Below the pieces are notes generated by a model. The model had not been told where the DNA came from. It ran no database searches and saw nothing but the letters and a program-made list of their open reading frames with translations. A DNA stretch of 60,587 nt, filler included, from Sluysia triapertura (lineage: Eukaryota), in the NCBI GenBank assembly GCA_046118255.1. It is 4 parts of 4 records of this genome, joined end to end, with 100 filler letters (N's around TTAATTAATTAA, not from the genome) between each part and the next. Parts side by side here need not be neighbours in the genome. Positions count along the whole stretch, not along the records: positions 45,076 to 60,587 come from JBJNIA010226350.1; 3 more parts are not named here. One strand, 5' to 3'. The position numbers and the translations under genes are program-made. Every line of letters starts with the position of its first letter. Position 1 is the first letter of the stretch. Shown here in pieces: positions 45,122-59,338 of this stretch.

Positions 45122-48100
45122 AATAATTTATTTATATGATAACAGTGAAATGAATAATATTTACAATATCTTAACGATGCAGATATTGATTTTTTTAAAT
45201 TATTGCGATTAATATCAATGAAAGATAAAAATAGATTTAAATAACATATGTATGTTAAGAGTAAATTGAGAAATACTTAAATATCGTCTAAAATGCAGAA
45301 AAATATATCTTTATCATTAAAAGAAAATCATTATCTAATCTTTTAAGTCCAAGTAAATACAATTTAAAATATCAGTATATCGTTTTTCGAAATTATTTTC
45401 TCTATTTTGTATCTTACGTTTTTAGTATGAAAAATTGTAGATAATTCTATCTCAACACATTGTTTGCTTCTTACGTTTAGCTACAGAATTGTTGTCAGAA
45501 AATGTTTTTTTGTTTTTCTGTAGTTTTTCTACGGCAAAATATTTTTTGAGCAGAGTCCGGTTACAATAAAAGGGGACAATATAGGCTAATAAGTTTTCTA
45601 AATTCAAATATTGTATGGGTGGGGTCTTACAATTGCTCAAGAGTATAACTTTAATGATTTATTAAATAATACAAAAATATCAATTTTTATTCAAAATAAA
45701 AAGTTTTAACGATTATGGTACAGAATGTGAAAATAATTATTTTAGGAATTAAATCTGCGAGAGCGTTTAATCTACTGCTAAGATATTTTAGGTGGATTTT
45801 AGCCCTCAATATATCGGTGTCTTAAAAATTTTATAAAATAATATGAAATTTACCTGTTATATTTTATATTTTCAACTTCAAAAATTGAAATTCACCAAAC
45901 AAATATATAATTTACCAAAAATGGAATTGATGTTGTCCATAAGATAATTTCCAAATTGTTGAATAACTGTAAATTGTGAACGTTTACTAAGATTTCACAA
46001 TTCTTCGAGTCGCAATAAATTGATTTTCCAAAATGGCGATTTTCACTACACTGAAGCTAGTTTATATACCAGTCATCAATGGAATATTCTAGAACATTCA
46101 ATTCTGTTTTTAGAAGCTAATTTTTTTTTCGAAAATGATAATTTTTAAGTGATTTTAAAGATTAATAAATGGCTTTAAATGATTTAATAATTTTAAATAA
46201 GTGATTTTAATTCTTTTTTAGATAGTTTTAAATAATTTTAAAGTGTTATGACATTTTTAAATTGTTTTGTAGAGTTACGTTGACCACCTAACAGTTTAAA
46301 AACCATCTTACAAAATAAAATAACATTAATAACACGAATAAATAATGTTATTAAAATGTTCATTGGATTTTTAATTGACACATGATTTATAATAAGTATC
46401 TATTTGTTATTTCTAATTTTTATATACTTTTACTTGTTACTTTTTAGTTTAATTTATCGATTGTCCTAGTAAAATTTTTAATCGCTCCTTTTCTATTTTT
46501 TATGTTCTTTTTTGGATACCTTTTATTATTTCTTTTTCTGAAGTAGCTGAATTAGTTTCAGATATATTTAGAGCATAACATGTGGTGTGGTGATTAAAAT
46601 ATAATGCTTTTTTAAAGTTGTAACATGTAAAGAACTAGTAAATTATTATTTTGATAATTTATTATTATGATAATTTAGTATATTATTATTTCAAATTATT
46701 ATTTATATAATTAGTATATTGATTATTGTTTTTATTCATTATTATTAAGTTTTATTATTCATAGTGAGAAATAAGTACAATATATTAATTTTTTGTCAAA
46801 AATTTAGTTTAATGAAATAATGACAGATGACTTACTCATTGGGCCATTAAAGTACAATTTATTATATGAAACCCAACGATAAAGACAAGATAATAATTAT
46901 GCTATAATATTGTAATAATTTCAAGTTATTACTTTATTTAAAATAAGTTTAAAAATTAATTTATGCTTAATAATAATCAATGTTTCTGATTAAACTTAAA
47001 ATAACTCATAAATTTATCAAAATTGTTAGGAAGTTTTTAAATCTCTATAAATTATCGTTATTTACGAAGTCGAAAATTTAACTTTTCTCCGGCATCATAG
47101 ATAGAAATGCAAACAACAAATTATCTATAGTTTAGTTGAATATAATCAAAATTCTGTTGTAGAAATTATTTGTAGAAGAGTTAATTAAATTTTTCTGTGA
47201 TACAGGAATTAGTTTTAGTATTGTTAAAGACAAATAATTAAATTTATTTATGTTTCGTTAATGAAAATTCTTGAGTTTATGTCTCAAATAAGTTTATACT
47301 TTGCGCACATGTTTATAATTTATAAAAAAATATATCTCTTGACTAATTAAATGATATAAAGATGAAAGTGAAATTGAACTATGTTAAAAGTAAGTATTAA
47401 TGTTAACCGAGAAAGTAACATTTACCACAACAATAATCAGAATTCGATTATAAATATATATAAAATTGATTACCGTTTAAATTAACAGGATTCATGCCTT
47501 TTATCTTGCGATTTTAAAACAAAATTAAATCGAGTACAATGTTCAATAAAATTCTGCCGAATAATGCATAAAGTCGATAAAAAATAATAAAGATAATTTG
47601 AGTTATCATCACAAACCTTTAAAATCACTAATTTATTTAAAAAAATTAGTGATTAAATTCATTAAAAGAAAACTTATTTTCGAAAAAAAGAACATTTTCT
47701 GAAAAAGAAATCGACAATTCAAGAACATTCTATAATATTCGACAAAATTCCATCAATTTTCATAATAAAATTATAAAATAGTCACGCAATTTTTGTACAA
47801 TTTCATTATTGCACACTTTCTTTGTTGTTTCATCGAATTGTTGGATTTAGACGAAATTTTTAGTGAATTTCTAATTATTCATTCTTGGAAAACATTATTT
47901 CGAATTTCTCATTTATGTTAAGATGATATTAATTTTAGAAGTTAATTTCATAAAATATATATAATGACCGTTGGGCGTTCACTTTAATAATATTAATTAA
48001 ATTGTAGTGATTTAAAGAGATGTAGAAGTTTAATTTAATTCATTAGAAATCTGCAATTTAGAAAACAATAGTTGTAGTGGCAAGAAAAACACAATCAATA

Positions 48101-49839
48101 ATTCGAAATGTCACATATTGTAGTTAATAACAGATAATAATAACAATAACTGCAATAAAAAACAAACATATAAGTCTTCCGACTATAATGTCTCATGACC
48201 AGGTGGTTACCATTTCTGTCATTAAGGACAAGACGAATGATCATTTGTGGAGAGCCGTGCAGATGAAAAATGGACCTTGCATGATAACTTCTTTGAAAGT
48301 GAATCATATATTCAACAAGTTTAAATAAAGTTTTATAAAATAATTATCAAGATATTGTAATATAAATTAGTCTTCATACGATTCGATACTTTTACAATTC
48401 AAAAAAATACACTTCAAAGCAGATAAATCTTATTTTACTTTTTAATTTCTTATCTTTCACTCTTTTTAGTCCTGTAGATATTAAATGTAGATATTAAAAT
48501 TTCTTATGTAGTTGTTAAAACTTAAATTAAAATTATAAAACTGTCTAATTAATTAAAAAGTACATAAAAGTAATTTCTACGTAAAAAATAATTTTATCAG
48601 TTAATTAAAATTATGAAATTGTCTAATTAAAAAGTAATTCAAAGTAATTATTTTCTAAACAACTGTCTACATTTTTATCAGATTAATCACATTATTTATT
48701 TTTTCTTACACAATTATTTTCAAAATAATTTTGTCAAATTAATTATATTTTATAATTAATTGTATCTTTACAAGAACAAAAAATAACTATTTTGTAATAT
48801 TATTTGTAAAAATTATCTGTATTACTTGCAAAAATTATCTTTAAACACAAAAAGTATAAATAGCTTACGATCTTAGTAAACTCACACAAGACTTAGTAGC
48901 TCATTTTTAAAAGTTTTGACTTTTGTAAATCTATTGGAATTCTTCGGTCACGCATACAATTCTGTTGGAACTTAGTGCCTCAACCGTTTATATTCTATTG
49001 ATTCGATTATTCGATTTTTTGTGGAAAGGTTGATTTAAACTAACGATTTTTGTGGTTCAATTATTCGTGGGAAATTCGATTTAAACTAGTTTGCAGATCG
49101 TTAATGAATAATAATTATTTGGAACGGAACTCTGATTTATAATCGTAAGCTATTTATTATATGTTTTACAAAAATACATTGTATTAAAATCCACGCAAAA
49201 TCAAATTAATTTTATACCCAAGTATTCACCTGGGTCAAAATCACATTAAAATCGTATTTTATAATTTAATTAGGAGAAATCCTAAAATTTAATAAATTAT
49301 CTATTATTTATTGTAAATTGCTTTTTGAATTTCCTTGTAAAATATTTATATAATAAATTTTTCATAGAATACGATTTTCTTATTTTTGGTTTATTAGTTA
49401 AAGTGTAATTTGAGATTTAATTAAAGAAGTACAAGAAGTACAATAATAAAAAACATACATATAAAGACCCTCCATTATTATACAGTAACGTAATTTTATA
49501 ATTGTCAGAAGTTTTTTAGACAAAATCTGTACAGTCCTTTGATAACTACAAGAATAATATTTTTAATGAATTTAGATGAAGTTTCCATGAAATCATGATC
49601 AAGATACTATTTATATAAATTTGTCTTTATTTGATTCAAAGACAAATAATAAATAAACTTTAAGGCATATAGATCTTATTTTACCTTTTAATTTCTCATC
49701 TTGCACTCTAGTCCTTTCAAATCTAGATGAATATTATTTTTAATATAGGGATCATTCTACAAGGAGCTATTTGCAGAAATACGCAAAACATAATAAACTT
49801 AATCGAAATATTTATTTTGAATTACAAATTTTATAAAAC

Positions 49840-50240
49840 ATGACTTTACATCAAATCTTGATTGTTTTGTTTTGGTTTTATTAGAATCGAAATCAACTTC
49901 AATCATCATTTCTGCTAAATCCTGATCTTTATAATCCTTCTAATTGTTGTATTAGTTTGTTTTGCAATTCATAAATGTCGTTCATTTTAGCTAAAATGAA
50001 ATTCTACGAACAGCAGATCAGTTCGCCATTGTAGAAACTGTGTGAGATACTACCAAAATCACGATCATGCTGTGCAATCCTAGAATAATTTTTATAAAGA
50101 AAAGCTGTAACATACTCCGTAGGTAGTGTCTAGGAATCCACTAAGTTAATTCCATTTATTGACACGATTTGTTCGTTATTTTTAAAATCATCATAAGAAA
50201 GGTTTTGCTTCCAGAGCATTCAACATTTTAAAACAAACAT
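49840..50240 (-). pseudogene. Degraded fragment with a PDZ-like segment
   Basis: FKNNEQIVSINGINLVD resembles PDZ L..GDQI.SING..L; surrounded by stops. Confidence 0.3.
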
Positions 50241-50474
50241 GAAATTTTGGCGTACTAAAGCAAAATAAATTTTAAAATACAAAAATTGAAAAAGCTTACA
50301 TAAATTAAAACTAAAATATTGCAATATAACAGAGAAAATAAGCATTCAAGTAATCTAACTGAATAGGCATTTTGAATCAGTTCGATCTTATTTTAATATA
50401 AGTAATTTTCCAAAACCCTCAACACACAATAACATAAGTAAAAAATAAATATTTTAGAAGTTATTTTTAGAATT

Positions 50475-50688
50475 TATTCGGAATTTTGATTATTTTCGTC
50501 TTTAGATATTTCTTTAGATATATGTTCAACTCGAGCATTATGTACTTTTTCTTGTTCTGCATTTTTAAGCTTCTGATTGATGTCTTCTTGGTTCAAATCT
50601 ACCGAATACCAGATGTTGGCGATTTACAATCTAAATCTTCTACTCTTAATTCAAAAGGAAAACTACCATATCCAAATTTGTAGACATT
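50475..50688 (-). pseudogene. Possible stathmin-like fragment
   Basis: GSFPFELRVEDLDCKSP.../DLNQEDINQKLKNAEQ resembles stathmin FELIL..SP..DLSLEEIQKKLEAAEE; frameshifted. Confidence 0.35.
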
Positions 50689-50837
50689 TAAATTTTAAGT
50701 AGAATTCGAATTATTTTAAGAAATTTTAATATTTTTTTAAATATAAATATTAATTTAAATTAAAATTATTTAAATTAAAACTGGACAAAAAGGCGATATC
50801 AACAAGAATTATAATTAATTTATAAATAATAAAACTT

Positions 50838-50978
50838 ATGTATGTTGAGTGAAATATGATGTTATGAAGTGGATGAAATTTTTATGAATGTGTTTAGAGT
50901 GATTTATACATATTTATTTTATGTTTGTTGATGGGTGTATTTAACAACAAAAATGATGTGTACGGCTGTGACACTACA
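50838..50978 (-). mobile_element. LTR-like fragment (TGTAGTG start on minus)
   Basis: G/T-skewed plus strand ending GTGACACTACA. Confidence 0.35.
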
Positions 50979-51366
50979 ATATATTCAAAATATTTTGCAA
51001 TAAAATTTTTATCTCCTTATTATTAAGGGTTAAATCATTTGTAAAATTAAATACGCGGATTAAAGACCTTATTCAGGTTTTAATCATAAAATCTAATTTT
51101 TAGTGATTCTCTTATTTTATTTTCTGTATAAATTCAATAACATTCAATAGAATTGATTTTATGATAAATTATTACTAAAATGTTCACATTTTACTATTGT
51201 TCATTGATTGTTTTTGGAATATTGTAATTTATTGTAATTAATTTTAGTGTAAAATGTTATTAAGTAAAAAGATTAAATTTTAAAATTTTGGTTGCAGATA
51301 CGTCCACTTCACGTCATAAGTCGATATACTATAGCCAGACTCAACTAAATTTTGCTTTGCCCTAAG

Positions 51367-53100
51367 TTAGAAATTAAGATTTAGGGGGTTTAATATTTCA
51401 GGTAATGTATATGAATTTAAAAGATTATTGTTTCCATATGAAAAGAAAAATTTTAAAGTTTCAAATCTTATTTTTTTATATCGTAGTAATATCAAATTAA
51501 AATTGTAATCTCCAAGTGGTGATGCTTTAATATCATTCATTAAGTTGCAAAATCTAAACCTAATAATTTGATTATTAAAGGCAGCATAAAGTATTAGTTC
51601 GTTTTTTATTCTATCATAATTGAACTTCAAATTATTATGGAAGTATTTATCAATTGAAAAATTACTAAATAAACGAAAACTAATATTTATTAAATTATAA
51701 AAAACTTTAGAAACATCCCTAATAAGTTTGAAAGTTTTATATACTTTTGTTCTTTGTTGATGTCGTCTATGCTGCATCACCGAGTATATCATTAAGTCTA
51801 GTCCTGGAACAACATTCTAAAACATATATATAGTCAAAATAGCATTGAAAACAAATAAAATAAAATTAAAAGTAATAAAAGTAATGTTTGATTGGGAGAG
51901 TGTTCTTGATTTTATTCTCTTGGTATTGAAAATTTTGGTTAATGGTTGAATATCTGTCTTGGTTTTGATGATGACTGATAGTGTATTTAAGTGAGACATG
52001 TTATAATTCACATGAACAATGATGACAAAACTCGGAACAGAATTGACGAGCCTATTCGTAGGATGAATGATATCTGTATTTTTGTTTCTACTTGCAATTG
52101 GGCAAGAATCAGACAATTATTTGCCATTTGCAGGGTGATCATTCGTTTGAATTGAATCATTACACTGGAGATTTACAAGTTCAGTAAAAGTATCTAAAAT
52201 GATTGCAGACTTAATTGTTAATTCACGCTCGTATCGGTAAGGTTGATAGTAGTGACTCATAAGACCTGGAAATACCTCTTCATTGATGAGTAATTTCTCA
52301 TAAATGGGTATTAATTTCAATAACATAACTAAATTACATGTAACGACCATCACTTGATATATCGCTGGCGAATTACTCGAAATATGGCTAAATTTAGCAT
52401 TCTTTAAACGTTGTCTAGCTTGTATAAAATTATCTTGTATAAAAAAATATTTTTAAAGGATTTATTCAATACATCAATCTCGACGTGTACTTCTTTTAAT
52501 TTCACGGCATTGAGCTCGTGCATCGGTTGATTCATGAATTTTATAATTCATTTTTAATTCACTTAAATCCTTTATTTTAGTACTATGAAAAAATTGATTA
52601 ATTGGATCGAAGTTGAATTTCTCGTAATTGAATTATTAACTCTATCGCGATAGCATCTACTAATTTATAGGAATGAATACTAACATTATCATCTTTGATT
52701 ATCATAAAAGACCCTAATATTGACTTGAAATAAATACTACAAACTGAATCTAAAGTGCGATTAATTAGGTAGAATAATTGATTCGAATCATCAGATGTTA
52801 TAATCATTTTTTTAAATCTCCAGCGTATTCCGATTCATCACTTTCATTTTCTTCGTGAAAATTTTGAATATGTAATTTAATATCATCAGATACATCGGTA
52901 TTTCATAATATATCATTATAAACTCTGAAAAATCCATACAAAATGAATTCCCATCTCAAATGCATTCTGCAATGATACTTTTAAATTAGAATCACAATCG
53001 ACAAAATTTTGTTTATTGGTGATATTGGTACAACAATTTAATGTGTATATAAATTTTAGTTCTCTTTTCTTTTTTGAACGTATTATTTTTAGCTTGTGAT
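51367..53100 (-). pseudogene. Run of intronless orphan ORFs or one decayed long ORF
   Basis: Co-oriented ORFs 52598-52807, 52117-52353, 51817-52116 (same frame as 52117-52353, one stop between) and 51367-51792. No recognisable domain. Confidence 0.35.
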
Positions 53101-53961
53101 TTTCTTTTTTACTAATAAATTGAGAATAATAAAAATGTTACTAAAAAGGATGATCGTTGATTGGTCATCCAACCAAAATTGCTCATTTAAATATCTTGAA
53201 AGCAACTCTGGTTGGATGGCTAGTAATATGATTGGAAAGCTTGTAACACAATTACACTGAGTGATTAGCCATTATCAGTGTTGACAAAAATCTGATGACA
53301 GTAATGGAGGATGTCAACACTGGTGATGGTAGAGACATTTGTTAATGATTTTTATGTCAATTATAAAATAAATAAAATGAAAACTTGATAATAATAATAA
53401 CAATAAAAATATTGTCATTATTATTATTATGAACACTAAGAGAAAAACACATAAATCTTCTTTAAAAAATTACATAATCTTCCTATTCTTTTAAAAAAAT
53501 ATTCTTAACATATAAAGAATAAAAATAGAATATAAAAATTGATAAAAATGAAATAAAAATTGCTGACATTGTATGAAACAGCAACGATAACAGGGCACAC
53601 AATGCTCGATTTAACGTTGCTGCTTCGTTGTAAAAAAAATTGAATTCTTTAAAACTGTGTTCGATTTACCTGAAATTGTTGAAAAGTTTAATCATGTTGG
53701 AGTAGATTAAAAGGTATTTGAAATTAAATTACTGATTAAGAATTGTTTCGGAAAGAATTGATAAATAAAATTAACCTTTAAGGATACAATAATTGATATG
53801 AGTCTTGCAATGAAATAAAGAATGTTGGAATAAGTTCTTAGATATTAATTGAAGTTTATGTTTGAAAACCATGTTTATGTATTGAAATATTGTGGATAAA
53901 AGGCTTATTGAGAAGATTGTAATTTAGTGAATTTAAAAAAGGACAACTACGATATAACTCT

Positions 53962-54535
53962 TGTTACATTTAAGGTGTATTTGCACAATATTTTGTGTGA
54001 ATTGTCTATTTGATGTTTTTGGTATTGTTGTTCTGTGTTGTTGATAATTATGTGTAGATGGATAGTGAGTTTGAAATATTGATTCGAAGGTGTGAAGTAG
54101 GTATTTTATGCGCTTAGAGTAGATTTATTGGTGTTGTGAAATAGTATTAAATGTAATTGTGGTTTATATGTTGTAAGTTTGTGATTGTGATTTGGTTTAA
54201 GCAAATAAGCTATTGAATAAATATTATTAAATATTAGGTATTAATTGTTACAGTGTAGTGTAAAATAAAGGGTTCGAAAGCATTGAATAGATTATTTCGA
54301 ATGTGTTTGTTATTAGGTAACCATGAAAGTCGCGTACATGTTTTTGGTGGATTGGTTAATGTAAATTGGTAATGTTGGGTGTAACTGTGATTTAGATGTT
54401 GTGGAATTGTGAATATAAATTGATTTTAAAGAGTATGTAATAGATGGATGTATAACTGTTGAGGTGTAATGAAAAGAGAAGGAAAAGATGTTAGTTTTTA
54501 ATAAAATTTTAGTGGTTATCAAGATTGGCCACACA
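53962..54535 (-). mobile_element. Solo-LTR-like element (TGTGTGG...GTAACA)
   Basis: About 570-bp block with strong G/T skew, bounded by TG..CA. No clear TSD. Confidence 0.4.
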
Positions 54536-54575
54536 ATGGCCAAGAAATGACTTATTATAAAAATGAATGCAATAA

Positions 54576-54953
54576 CTATGGTTTTAATTGTAACAACATA
54601 AATAAAGTGAATCTTTGTAATATAACAATAAAATCAACATTTATAGTTAACTTGATATAATTAAGATCAGATAAAATAACAAAAATAACATTTAAAATAA
54701 TACCAAAATAATACCAACGTAAAATATAACCATGCTTTCTAAAATGTGGAATGAGTAAACATACGACTAAATATGCACAGAATACACCAGATGACAAAGC
54801 AGCTCCACCCGTAAATAAATATCCATAAATATGGCATAAAATTACATCAAAATAAAAATAAACGATACACAATAGAAACATTATACGAACTGATTTAATA
54901 TCTTTATAAAATAACTGCATTTGAAAATATTCCCATAATAGAATGGAATACAT
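54576..54953 (-). CDS. Multi-pass membrane protein fragment, weakly rhomboid-like
   Basis: 125-aa ORF with 3-4 hydrophobic segments. GGAALSSGVF loosely resembles the rhomboid GxSG helix. It abuts the LTR-like element. Confidence 0.3.
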   Translation of the reverse strand: MYSILLWEYFQMQLFYKDIKSVRIMFLLCIVYFYFDVILCHIYGYLFTGGAALSSGVFCAYLVVCLLIPHFRKHGYILRWYYFGIILNVIFVILSDLNYIKLTINVDFIVILQRFTLFMLLQLKP

Positions 54954-55039
54954 TAAATTTAATACAGTATAAAAAATTGATTTTTTGCATATATTTTTTA
55001 ATTAATTCAAGACCTATATTATTATTTTTATATTTTTGT

Positions 55040-56130
55040 AATTTTAGGTCTGGTCGGACATAGTTCAATTTCTACTTTGTGATTTTTTTTAATTTCACAT
55101 CTACTTCGAGAATTAAGTGACGATGTATATGTAGATACATTGTAGATACATTTGATCTCCGCGCATTTAAAGCGAGATTGACAATCCTTTCCTTTTTAAT
55201 TAAAATTGTGCGATATCCACAATTTTTAACATGAACTGAGAATGTACTTTCATATTGATATGACAAAGCGGGATAATCTGGCAAACAATCGGATACTTCT
55301 ATTGTATTTCTTTGACATTGTATTCAAAAAGTACCGTTTCCCATTTGAAAGAGTTTTTGGCACATTTAGGTATAACTTTGTATGTTACAATATATTTATC
55401 ATTAACACATTTTTATGCATTTTCGGTTCAGGACAAGTAGAGTACATGGGTAAACATCCTCGGATATAATATCGAATAAACATTTACAACTGATAGCTCT
55501 TATTACTTTCCACAATTTAAGTCCTTCAAGAGTTTCTTTATTAGATTGATCGTCAACAAGTTCCAGAATTCTAGGTTCCTTTTTACACTTAAAAAGAATA
55601 TTTGTAATTATTTCATCTTTTCTCTCACAATTATAGTTCTTATATCTTTTATATCTTTTTATATCTTTTATATAAATTTATATCTTTTTCTTAATGTAAT
55701 TTCTTTTTCATCATTTTCATATGTGGTTTTTTCTTATATATTTTAGTAACGATTTCTTCACATCAATTTCTTGATGGATTCAATTGCCAACTAATGTTTG
55801 ACAAATTGGAAGTTTCCGATACATTCCTCAATTTCAATTCGATTTTTGTGATTACAACAAACATTATATTCACGTACAACTACATCAACACAATCACAAC
55901 CTTCTCGTTCTTGGCATATAAGTTTTATAAGTTTATTATTATCTTTACATTTGGAAGATGTTTCTTCACGACAATCCTTACGTTAACAACGAATAGGTAC
56001 TGATGTTCTAGATTCGTCTTTTATACATTTGCCCATTTTACATTAATAGTTGCATTACGACCATTTTCTTCATTACATGAATAATCTTTATATGGTTTTA
56101 AATGGTCACAACGCTGTTATATTAGACAGT
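55040..56130 (-). pseudogene. Decayed cysteine-rich repeat protein fragment
   Basis: Frameshifted pieces GKCIKDESRTSVPIRC, DCREETSSKCKDNNKLIKLICQEREGCDCVDVVVREYN and ISCKCLFDIISEDVYPCTCPEPK show periodic CxC/CxCP motifs. Confidence 0.55.
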
Positions 56131-56244
56131 CAATTAAAATGTTAGAGTTGTTAAAAGATCAAATTTTATAACAGATACTAAATGTAAACTTTATAAATTG
56201 ACACTCATATAAATATATATAAAGTGGAAAAATAAAGATTGATA

Positions 56245-56537
56245 GTAAGGATAAAAGAAATAATAATGATAACAATAACGTGGTTATTATGTTTATTAAT
56301 AATGGCATTGTTGATGTTGATATGAAATTTTATTATAAAATTTTATTATGAAATTTATTATAAAAGTTATTATTTAATTTGAATTATAATAATGATAATA
56401 GCTGTAGTACATGATAATTATGTGCAATGTTTATGTTTGTTTTTTGAATGAGTTAAGTAATTTGTTTAATAATCTGTGTATATGTGAAATGTTTTTTATG
56501 TGATGAAGTGTGATGGATTTTATGAGATTTCCCTACA
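56245..56537 (-). mobile_element. Solo-LTR-like repeat (TGTAGGG...), copy B
   Basis: Homologous to 31535-31864 (shared GTGGTTATTATGTTTATTAATA, TGTATATGTGAA..TTTTATGTGATGAA.TGTGATGGATTT and TTCCCTACA). Confidence 0.6.
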
Positions 56538-57617
56538 AGTTTATAAAATATTTAAATCAAAATAAAATAATAAAATAACGAAAAAATTGTTTAAATTAAC
56601 GATGTTTTAAAAATTTTCTGCACATGTTAAAATAACATTAAAATTAATGTATGTGTAAGGTTGAATTTTATTAGTATTCCTAATGTTGAAATGTAAATTA
56701 AAGTATATATTAAATTGATACATACCAACTCAAACATGTAATTCAAATCGACATGGGACGTACAGTTGACACATGACGTATTGTATAAAAAACGTCCTAG
56801 AGAAAAGAAATTTGGTATTTGGTTAGTTTAATGTTTATTTTAAGTTTATAAATTATGCTAATAACAAAATATTAGTGTAATAATGATGTTAAATTTTGAT
56901 TTAGTTGTGTTGAAAAGATAAGGAAATTGTTCACCACAAATCTCATTTTATTTTTGTAATTACAGGATACAATAAAATTTGAAGCCGGCGGAAATTATTA
57001 TTGAAATTTAATTATTAAAATTAGTTGACTTATGATCGACTAAAAAGAATAAATAGTTTTATTAAGTAATTATTTCCACTTTCCAATTTTTATTCTTCAA
57101 CGACTGTGTAAACAAATGTATTTATGTAATAAAATCAGAACAATATAGCTGGACAAAAAATATAACTTTATATGCAAAGATTTATCTCCATTACGAGCGC
57201 TGCCTCAACACATTTTTAATAAACATTGTGATTGAGGACTTATCTTTAGCTACTGATTAAACTTAATAAACTCTTATGTTATTGTTATTTTATTATTGAT
57301 AATAATACGGACGTCAACATTTATCGTGTTTTGTCACCCTTGGATTTTTATACATTTAGCACGAAAGACAGTGATCTTGTGTACTGAAAGCATATTATTA
57401 TAAAATAGCTGATAATTTAATGTTACAATTGAAAATATTTTGAGATTTATTGTAGAAGACAGTGATTTATAATTCTGATAATTTATTGTGACAATTGAAA
57501 AATATATTGAGATTTCGTATTAATTTACATATTGAGTTATATTTGAATAGACTCAACATCTTATGTAAAAGGTTACCAGTACTAATTTATTATAACAATT
57601 ATTTTCTGCTAGATTTG

Positions 57618-57679
<62 letters not shown>

Positions 57680-58953
57680 GTTTTGTAAATTCTAGATTAT
57701 TATGTAACGTGCTATATTGTTTGAAGAGACGGAAATCATGTGAGAAACATGATACTTCTTGACTAAATTATTAAGAAAACACGATGAGATTATTTCACTT
57801 GTAAAAAATATATTCAGTATATTGGTTTTGTGTTCGGTGTATTAGAATAATATAAAGTGATATTAAATGTATCTAATTGAATAAAAAAGCATAACCACAA
57901 TTGAAATATGTTTAGTTTATGTGATTTAAATAGTTATGTCTGAACAAAATTTAAGTTTGATTTATTGGACAAGGACCCTTTTCGAACTGCAACTTAGATA
58001 CATAAATTTTCATAAATTGTGATGGTGACAATGTTTAATTAAATAGCATTCATTCGAATTAGAAATTAATCTTCATACATAGACAACAAAGTAGTAAAAA
58101 GTAAACTTATTATTTGGATATTATTATGGAAAAAAACAAAAAAGTTTTAATATAAAATATAAGTAAAAAAAATTGAAGAATTATTAAATTATTAAAGAAT
58201 TTAATGAAATGTGTAATATTGATTGTAATATCGATATATGATTCAAAAGGTTTAATTTTCGTACAATAAATTATGATATTTTAAGTGATCTTAATTGAAA
58301 TAAATGTGTTTTAATGGTTTAATTAGATATGACTACTGCTGTCGATGCAGTAGATTATAATATTACTGATTTAATATTTCTAGACAATATCTGTCTTATT
58401 TTGTGCAATACAATAATGTGAATCATGTTTAAAAGATGTCAAATGCGTTGATGTACAAATACTTACTTAAGTTGAAACATAGAAAATATTATTCAAAGAA
58501 CAAAATAACTAATAACTGAATTTATAAAATGGTTTGAAAATAAATGAAGAAAAATCAAAGTTTGTAATCTTCAGAAATAATAAAACAAAGGTAATATAGG
58601 GTGGTGACCATTGTGTTGGTTACCAATAAAAGGAAAAAGTAGAATTAAATATCTGGCCAACTATCTGCCAATGTTTACGTTATGAAAGTCTTATTGTCGC
58701 TTGGAAACCAAAATGAATGCGTCAGTAAAACAATATTTTATACAGAATGCACAGTAATATCAAGATAAGGTTATACAGTGTTCATTTTTTGAATATATAC
58801 ATCCAACAATCAGAGATTGTCAAATCAGTGGAAAATTATGAAATATAAAGAAGTCTTTATTATTTCAGAAATATTATTCTTCAGACAAATAATAATAATA
58901 ATGATAATAATCATAATAATAATGATAATAGTGATAATAATCATAATAAGAAT

Positions 58954-59338
58954 NNNNNNNNNNNNNNNNNNNNNNNNNNNNNNNNNNNNNNNNNNNNNNN
59001 NNNNNNNNNNNNNNNNNNNNNNNNNNNNNNNNNNNNNNNNNNNNNNNNNNNNNNNNNNNNNNNNNNNNNNNNNNNNNNNNNNNNNNNNNNNNNNNNNNNN
59101 NNNNNNNNNNNNNNNNNNNNNNNNNNNNNNNNNNNNNNNNNNNNNNNNNNNNNNNNNNNNNNNNNNNNNNNNNNNNNNNNNNNNNNNNNNNNNNNNNNNN
59201 NNNNNNNNNNNNNNNNNNNNNNNNNNNNNNNNNNNNNNNNNNNNNNNNNNNNNNNNNNNNNNNNNNNNNNNNNNNNNNNNNNNNNNNNNNNNNNNNNNNN
59301 NNNNNNNNNNNNNNNNNNNNNNNNNNNNNNNNNNNNNN
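58954..59338. other. Scaffold gap (N run without linker)
   Basis: 385 N flanked by an AAT-type repeat. Confidence 0.95.
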
